A stretch of 35,992 bases of DNA from Opitutaceae bacterium (GTDB taxonomy: Bacteria; Verrucomicrobiota; Verrucomicrobiia; Opitutales; Coraliomargaritaceae). A program made the translations under genes and the position numbers. Shown piece after piece: positions 30,589-35,992 of this stretch. The notes below the pieces were generated by a model, which saw only the letters and a program-made list of their open reading frames with translations, did not search any database and was not told the DNA's origin. Each line of letters starts with the position of its first letter. Within the stretch, counting starts at the first letter, position 1. The stretch lies in NCBI GenBank assembly GCA_051252375.1, contig JBPOFY010000015.1:1-35992 (forward strand), given 5' to 3'.

Positions 30589-31977
30589 ATGAACACCTCA
30601 AAGAGACAGGAGCCCACTTTTAAACTACTAATGCCATTAGATTCAGCGGCACCATTGGAACAACTCTCAATCATTGCTGGAGGAAAGCGTTGGGGCTTGG
30701 TCGAGCTTCCAAGCTTAACAGATGCCCCTACTTATACGTGCATTTCCTACGTATGCGGGACAAATAAAATAGCTAACCCATTCGACAATGACACGAGCAT
30801 ATCCAGCCGGGCTATTACAGCTATTGAAACTATTCTAGATAACGAGTCTCCGAATGCTATTTGGATTGATGCTTTCTGCGTGCCTTCAGCCCCAACTTCA
30901 AAATCTACATGTTTGAGTCAACTAGGCGCCATCTTCAACCGTGCAGAACAAGTAGTGGTAGTGCTTTCACAGGAAGGTTTTTCAGCATTAGAGAGTATCA
31001 ATGAGTCTCACACATTCAATGTGGATACTATTACTACCCTCGAACAAGATGATTGGGTTAGTCGGGCTTGGACCTATCAAGAATTCGTCAATAACGATAA
31101 AATCCGCTTTGCTACCCGAGGTTGTAACACATACGCTAAGGCTGATGACATCCTCAACGGCCTGACAATCGCCATAGATGATTTTAAGAAAGAACGCGAT
31201 TGGGATTCCATTGACTTCTATTCCAAGTATCCACGCATAAGCAGCTTTGAGGATGTCATAATCGATTGGAAAATATCCACATACTTGGAGCGTAGCGCAT
31301 ATCAAGCCCTATCCTGTATCGATGATCGCGTGGCGACAAGCCCCGAAGACCTATCTTATCTCATAGGTGCAATCAATGACACCTCCGCTCCCATAGCAGA
31401 TCCGTCGAATGACTATTCATTTAATTACTTAATGCAAGTTTGTGAAATGAAGGGAGACTATTCTTTCATATATACCACTGCATGCAGAAGTAGTGAGTCA
31501 GGAAGGCAGTGGAGGCCAGCTAAAGATGAGCGCTTAAAACCCATTTTTACAATGCATAGTTGGGGCATGCAATCAGGGGCAGTGCACCCTACGCATATTA
31601 CACTAAATAACATGTCGAACCTCCAACTAGGGCCATTAAATCCGAAGGCAGAGGTCTTCCTTCAGAATCGACTATATTCACCTAAAGATGCAATCGAAAG
31701 AGAACGTTGGCCTAAAATTATATACTCACGACTAGCTATAGCAAAATTCTCTGGGTGTGGAGATTTCCTTGAAACCGAACACGGGTATTTTTTCACTTAC
31801 TTACCCATAGAAAAACATGACGAAATAGTCATTGCGATTTCGACAGAGATTCAGTCGGCTATCGGCTCCCCGGGATTACTACTAAAAAAGGGAGCTTCCG
31901 GCATTCATGAATGGCATGGAGTAGGCTTATTTGTAGGCCGAGTTCCTAAATCTGGTATTTCACTAAATGTAGGATAA
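30589..31977 (+). CDS. HET (heterokaryon incompatibility, PF06985-like) domain protein
   Basis: YTCISYVCG, IWIDAFCVP, LGAIFNRAEQVVVVL and WVSRAWTYQE match the four conserved HET blocks in order and spacing. Confidence 0.8.
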   Translation: MNTSKRQEPTFKLLMPLDSAAPLEQLSIIAGGKRWGLVELPSLTDAPTYTCISYVCGTNKIANPFDNDTSISSRAITAIETILDNESPNAIWIDAFCVPSAPTSKSTCLSQLGAIFNRAEQVVVVLSQEGFSALESINESHTFNVDTITTLEQDDWVSRAWTYQEFVNNDKIRFATRGCNTYAKADDILNGLTIAIDDFKKERDWDSIDFYSKYPRISSFEDVIIDWKISTYLERSAYQALSCIDDRVATSPEDLSYLIGAINDTSAPIADPSNDYSFNYLMQVCEMKGDYSFIYTTACRSSESGRQWRPAKDERLKPIFTMHSWGMQSGAVHPTHITLNNMSNLQLGPLNPKAEVFLQNRLYSPKDAIERERWPKIIYSRLAIAKFSGCGDFLETEHGYFFTYLPIEKHDEIVIAISTEIQSAIGSPGLLLKKGASGIHEWHGVGLFVGRVPKSGISLNVG

Positions 31978-31994
31978 ATGCAGGATTTGAAGCC

Positions 31995-32019
31995 AAATGG
32001 AGTCATATCGTTACCTTTG
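31995..32019 (-). repeat. Inverted copy of the GACATGACCCCATTT site closing the TIR/HET block
   Basis: Reverse complement CAAAGGTAACGATATGACTCCATTT vs 25161-25185 CAAAGGTAATGACATGACCCCATTT (22/25). Confidence 0.8.
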
Positions 32020-32081
32020 GATTGTGCTAAAACCTAGCCTCCTGATTCAGGCCACAGATTTATCAATTCAAACCTTTCGGC

Positions 32082-32516
32082 ATGGCGAACAATCACTCAG
32101 TTCCAACACATAAAATCATCGATGTGGTCTGTCTCGTCGCCATAGATCGGGACGACCAGGTCCTGGCCACGCAGCGAGCCGAAGATAAGCCACTCGGTAT
32201 GCTATGGGAGTTTCCTGGTGGAAAAATCGACACAGGCGAATCGCCAGAAGAGGCGCTCCGGCGTGAAATCATTGAGGAGCTAGGCATCGAGCTCGGTGCA
32301 CTCACACGCCTACCAGCAGTGACATATGCATATGACTTTGGAACGATTCAGCTAATACCGCTCCTTTCAAAAGTAGACACACGACCGCAGTTAGGCGAAT
32401 TGCACGCACATGCGGCAGCACGATGGATCGCATTGGATGAATGGGATAAACTTGAGTGGGCACCAGCCGATCTACCGATCATTGAGAGGCTGCAAAAAAC
32501 CGAATTATCAAAATGA
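32082..32516 (+). CDS. Nudix (MutT-like) hydrolase
   Basis: WEFPGGKIDTGESPEEALRREIIEELG Nudix box; WAPAD tail; ATGA overlap with the next gene. Confidence 0.92.
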   Translation: MANNHSVPTHKIIDVVCLVAIDRDDQVLATQRAEDKPLGMLWEFPGGKIDTGESPEEALRREIIEELGIELGALTRLPAVTYAYDFGTIQLIPLLSKVDTRPQLGELHAHAAARWIALDEWDKLEWAPADLPIIERLQKTELSK

Positions 32517-35500
32517 GTGAGCTAGAAATTGGAATTTACGAACGCTTACTGGATGCAGAATTAAGCGGCGCGCTGGCCTCTAGCCCTGAACTCAAATCCA
32601 TTCTACGGAAAATTGACGATGAAGCGGCGCCGCACACTTACTCTCAATTTATCGCGCAGTTGCTTCAGCAGGCGCTACGCATCACGAAAACGGAAGCCCG
32701 CATTCCACTGCTGAACCAAATCATCGACCTCCTCTCAGCAACAGATGGTTTAGAATACTTGGAGCGCAATAGACTCCTCTCCGACAGCAAGAACCTGCTA
32801 ACTGAGGTGAACCAAAGCACGGTCGCATTACCACGTCCGCAGACACCGCTCACAACCAGCGCACTGTTAACGGGACTCGGCAACGACCCAGCCCTAGAGC
32901 ACGAACTCCGCGCTGAGATGGCGACCACGGATCGCGTCGACATTCTAGTTTCATTTATTAAATGGTCGGGCCTGCGTCTACTCAGACCTAGCTTTGAAAA
33001 ACTGGCAGATCGCGGCATTCCGATTCGAATTTTATCAACCAGCTATATGGGCGCGAGTGACCCCGTGGCATTAGAGTGGTTGTCAAAACTGCCGAATGTA
33101 GATGTCCGTCTATCCTACGACACCGGCGGCACGCGCCTACATGCGAAGGCTTATCATTTCATCCGTAAATCAGGATACTCGACCGCCTATATTGGTTCTG
33201 CGAACATGTCACATGCGGCCATGACGCAAGGCTTGGAGTGGACCGTCAAAGTGACGGCGCAAGACATGCCACACATCCTGTCTCGTTTCGTCGCAGAATT
33301 CGCAACCTATTGGGAGAGCCGCGAGTTTGAAGTATTCGAAGAGTCCGAGTTCGTGCGCTTCCGCAAAGCGATCAACGACTACAAAATACGCTCGAATGCT
33401 GGCCCACTGTTCTTCGCGGACATCACACCCAAACCATTTCAACAGCGCATCCTTGAGGCATTACAAGCAACGCGCCAAGCAGGCTCGACACGTAACCTAG
33501 TGGTCGCTGCGACTGGAACAGGTAAGACAGTCATCTCAGCACTTGATTATAAGCAATTCGCTGATGCCTCTAATTCAAAGCCACCGTTGTTATTTGTGGT
33601 GCACAGGAAAGAGATCTTAGAGCAGGCCTTGAGTTGCTTCCGTACAGTATTAAAGGATCAAAACTTTGGCGAATTACTGGTCGATGGAATGGAGCCTGCG
33701 GAGTGGACACATGTGTTCGCATCCATCCAAAGTTTAAACAATAAGCAACCGTGGCAGACGCATGGAGCGGAGCATTTCCGCTATGTGATTGTGGATGAAG
33801 CGCATCATGGGAAGGCAAACAGTTACCGTCCCCTATTCGACCATCTACAGCCTGAAATACTTCTAGGACTCACTGCGACGCCCGAGCGCATGGATGGCAG
33901 TTCGATCTTACCTGATTTCGATAATCAATTTGCAGCAGAAATTCGCTTACCTGAGGCACTCGAAGAAAAGCTCTTGTGCCCTTTCCACTACTTTGGAGTC
34001 ACAGACAGTATCGATCTCGCCGATGACAGTTTCTGGAAAAATGGACGCTATGATCAAAGTGCACTCGAAGCAGTTTTAACGGGTGATGACATTCGAGCAA
34101 AAGCTCGGGTTGATACAGTGCTTCAAGCCATACATCGGTATCAACCTGACCTCAACGACGTCCGAGGCATTGGGTTTTGCGCTGGTGTGACGCATGCTCA
34201 ATACATGGCGGATCACTTCAACCAAGCAGGCATCCCATCGGCCGTGCTATTAGGCAGCACAGCGCGAGACGTTCGAGCGGAACGACTCCGAGCCTTCCGC
34301 GAAGGAGAGCTCACCTTCCTGTTTACGGTAGATGTGCTGAGCGAAGGGGTCGACATTCCAGAGATCAACCTTGTCCTCTTCCTGCGGCCGACCGAAAGCC
34401 TTACCGTATTCCTCCAACAGCTCGGCCGCGGATTGCGTCACGCAGTCAACAAAGACTGTTTGACCGTGCTAGACTTCGTCGGACAAACCCACCGCAAATA
34501 TCGTCTCGATACCAAATTCGCTGCGCTGCTCTCTCGCAAGCGCCAGCGCATTGATCGAGAAATCGAAAATGATTTCCCGAACCTCCCGCCGGGGTGCAGC
34601 ATTCAACTCGAGCGCGTCGCGAGAGAGCGTGTGCTTGCGAAAATCAAAGACGTCCTCAACAACCTCAAGCAATTCATTCCAGAGGCGATACAAAGCTGGG
34701 AGAATGAGCAGTCGAAGCCCCTCACCTTCGGAAATTTCATCGATGCAACAGACCTCTCGCCGGTTGAAGTCCTATCAAAGAAAACATGGAGCGAATGGAA
34801 AGCACTCGCCAACAAAACAGCCGCCCCCTCAGATCCAGACATTAAGACTGCCCGCAAGGCATTACCTCGATTAGCACTTCGTAACGATCCCGACCTACTC
34901 AACAATTTCCAGAAGTTAGATCAGGATTCAAAAGTCGACGAAGCCACCGCAACCTATGGCAGCGAGCAAACAACTGCGATGCACTACATCATGTGGGGGC
35001 AGAAGGGAGAACGAGTGGGCGTGGACAGTGCCGAAACGTCCTTCACCAAATGGAAAGAAAATCCAAGCGTAGCTGCTGATGCCGCCGAAATTGCAGAATG
35101 GTGCAAATCAAAGCACACGACCAGCATCCGTAATATTGAACTACCCTACCCATGTAATTTGAAACTGCATGCCCAATACGGTTCTGCTGAAATCAAAGCT
35201 GCACTCGGCATTTCGAGTATCAATAAATCGGGCCCAACTGGACTCGGCGTGATACCAATCGAAAGACTTAAGACCTACGTGCATCTAGTCACTTTCCGCA
35301 AAGATGAACGCGACTTCTCACCAACCACTCAATATCGCGACTACCCGATCAGTCAGACCAAGATCCACTGGGAGAGCCAATCAAACACGAGTCAAGCGAG
35401 CCCAACGGGGCAAAACTATCTGAACTTCAAAGAACGAGGCTATACGATCCTCTTCTTTGCGCGCCTCGACAAACGCCAAGAAGGCGAAACCTGCCCATTT

Positions 35501-35620
35501 ATCTTTTTAGGAACAGCGAAAGATTTACTGTCCTACGAAGGCAACCGACCGATCTCAATGACGTGGGAACTAGATTATCCAATCCCCGCCGAACTGTTCG
35601 AAGAAGCGAGGTCTGTGTAA
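32513..35620 (+). CDS. PLD nuclease-SF2 helicase-DUF3427 protein (SauUSI-like type IV modification-dependent restriction enzyme)
   Basis: LHAKAY...IGSAN.S (PLD HxK), ATGTGKT, DEAHH, GLTATPER.D, EGVDIP, QQLGRGLR, C-terminal Y.DY.IS...HWESQ. Confidence 0.85.
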   Translation: MSELEIGIYERLLDAELSGALASSPELKSILRKIDDEAAPHTYSQFIAQLLQQALRITKTEARIPLLNQIIDLLSATDGLEYLERNRLLSDSKNLLTEVNQSTVALPRPQTPLTTSALLTGLGNDPALEHELRAEMATTDRVDILVSFIKWSGLRLLRPSFEKLADRGIPIRILSTSYMGASDPVALEWLSKLPNVDVRLSYDTGGTRLHAKAYHFIRKSGYSTAYIGSANMSHAAMTQGLEWTVKVTAQDMPHILSRFVAEFATYWESREFEVFEESEFVRFRKAINDYKIRSNAGPLFFADITPKPFQQRILEALQATRQAGSTRNLVVAATGTGKTVISALDYKQFADASNSKPPLLFVVHRKEILEQALSCFRTVLKDQNFGELLVDGMEPAEWTHVFASIQSLNNKQPWQTHGAEHFRYVIVDEAHHGKANSYRPLFDHLQPEILLGLTATPERMDGSSILPDFDNQFAAEIRLPEALEEKLLCPFHYFGVTDSIDLADDSFWKNGRYDQSALEAVLTGDDIRAKARVDTVLQAIHRYQPDLNDVRGIGFCAGVTHAQYMADHFNQAGIPSAVLLGSTARDVRAERLRAFREGELTFLFTVDVLSEGVDIPEINLVLFLRPTESLTVFLQQLGRGLRHAVNKDCLTVLDFVGQTHRKYRLDTKFAALLSRKRQRIDREIENDFPNLPPGCSIQLERVARERVLAKIKDVLNNLKQFIPEAIQSWENEQSKPLTFGNFIDATDLSPVEVLSKKTWSEWKALANKTAAPSDPDIKTARKALPRLALRNDPDLLNNFQKLDQDSKVDEATATYGSEQTTAMHYIMWGQKGERVGVDSAETSFTKWKENPSVAADAAEIAEWCKSKHTTSIRNIELPYPCNLKLHAQYGSAEIKAALGISSINKSGPTGLGVIPIERLKTYVHLVTFRKDERDFSPTTQYRDYPISQTKIHWESQSNTSQASPTGQNYLNFKERGYTILFFARLDKRQEGETCPFIFLGTAKDLLSYEGNRPISMTWELDYPIPAELFEEARSV

Positions 35621-35674
35621 TACGGACGATCACACCTAAGCCATGCACTCCTCAACATTTGTCCTTATAGTTTC

Positions 35675-35917
35675 ATGACCACGGAAGACGCCATAGCCCT
35701 ACTCTATGATCTAAAACGGGATCGTTCGAGCGGACATGAGAAGCCACATAAGCCAATTTTACTTTTGGCGGTAATGGATCTGATTGAACGCGGTGTTATC
35801 AACGACAACCGCATCGTTCCGTCAAAGGAACTCCGCGAAGCATTTACCGCTTACTTCAAGGTAGTCCTTCAGGGGAACGATCAGAATAGTCCGGAAAATC
35901 CTTTTTATTATCTCTGA
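35675..35917 (+). pseudogene. Truncated SBD (sulfur-binding domain)-type restriction protein, N-terminal fragment of an SBD-HNH-like gene
   Basis: KPHKPILLLAVMDLIE.G and P.NPFYYL motifs; stop immediately after PFYYL, with no recognisable continuation in the remaining 75 nt. Confidence 0.6.
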
Positions 35918-35992
35918 GCCAAAAAAGGGGTCGAACGCAAAAAATAAAGATTTAGAGCAACAATAAACTACTAGCGAGTAAACCAAAAGTGA

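Noticed and set aside
25789..35917. Classical integron cassette array
   Set aside because: No attC-type RYYYAAC...GTTRRRY palindromes were recognised between the genes, and there is no intI in the window.

Overview
Bacterial chromosomal window. Gene style and the short intergenic repeats are reminiscent of Verrucomicrobia/Opitutales, but this is an unverified inference. About 1-24.4 kb is mostly core genes: ppdK 3' end, VTT/DedA protein, xseA, PfkB kinase, proA, rlmN, radC, two SAM methyltransferases, EF-hand proteins and an ABC-F ATPase. Two toxin-antitoxin modules are inserted in this part: a BrnT-like/RHH pair bracketed by a duplicated radC 3' end, and hipBA with four putative operators. 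It also has an unusual MotA/ExbB-like plus MotB/ExbD-like pair whose second subunit carries a coiled coil and an apparently inactive trypsin fold. Intergenic regions are packed with GTAG REP-like hairpins and 7-, 8- and 20-mer tandem repeats. From about 25.1 kb to the end is a defence island. It holds four stand-alone TIR genes, a TIR-SLOG fusion, a fungal-type HET (heterokaryon incompatibility) domain gene, a Nudix plus SauUSI-like PLD-helicase-DUF3427 type IV restriction module, and a truncated sulfur-binding-domain (SBD)-type gene. The TIR/SLOG/HET block is bounded by imperfect 25-bp inverted repeats. Related AAAWGGDGYC sites occur just after several island genes, suggesting a cassette-like gene-capture mechanism with no recombinase in the window. 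All family assignments come from motif recognition by eye; no searches were run.
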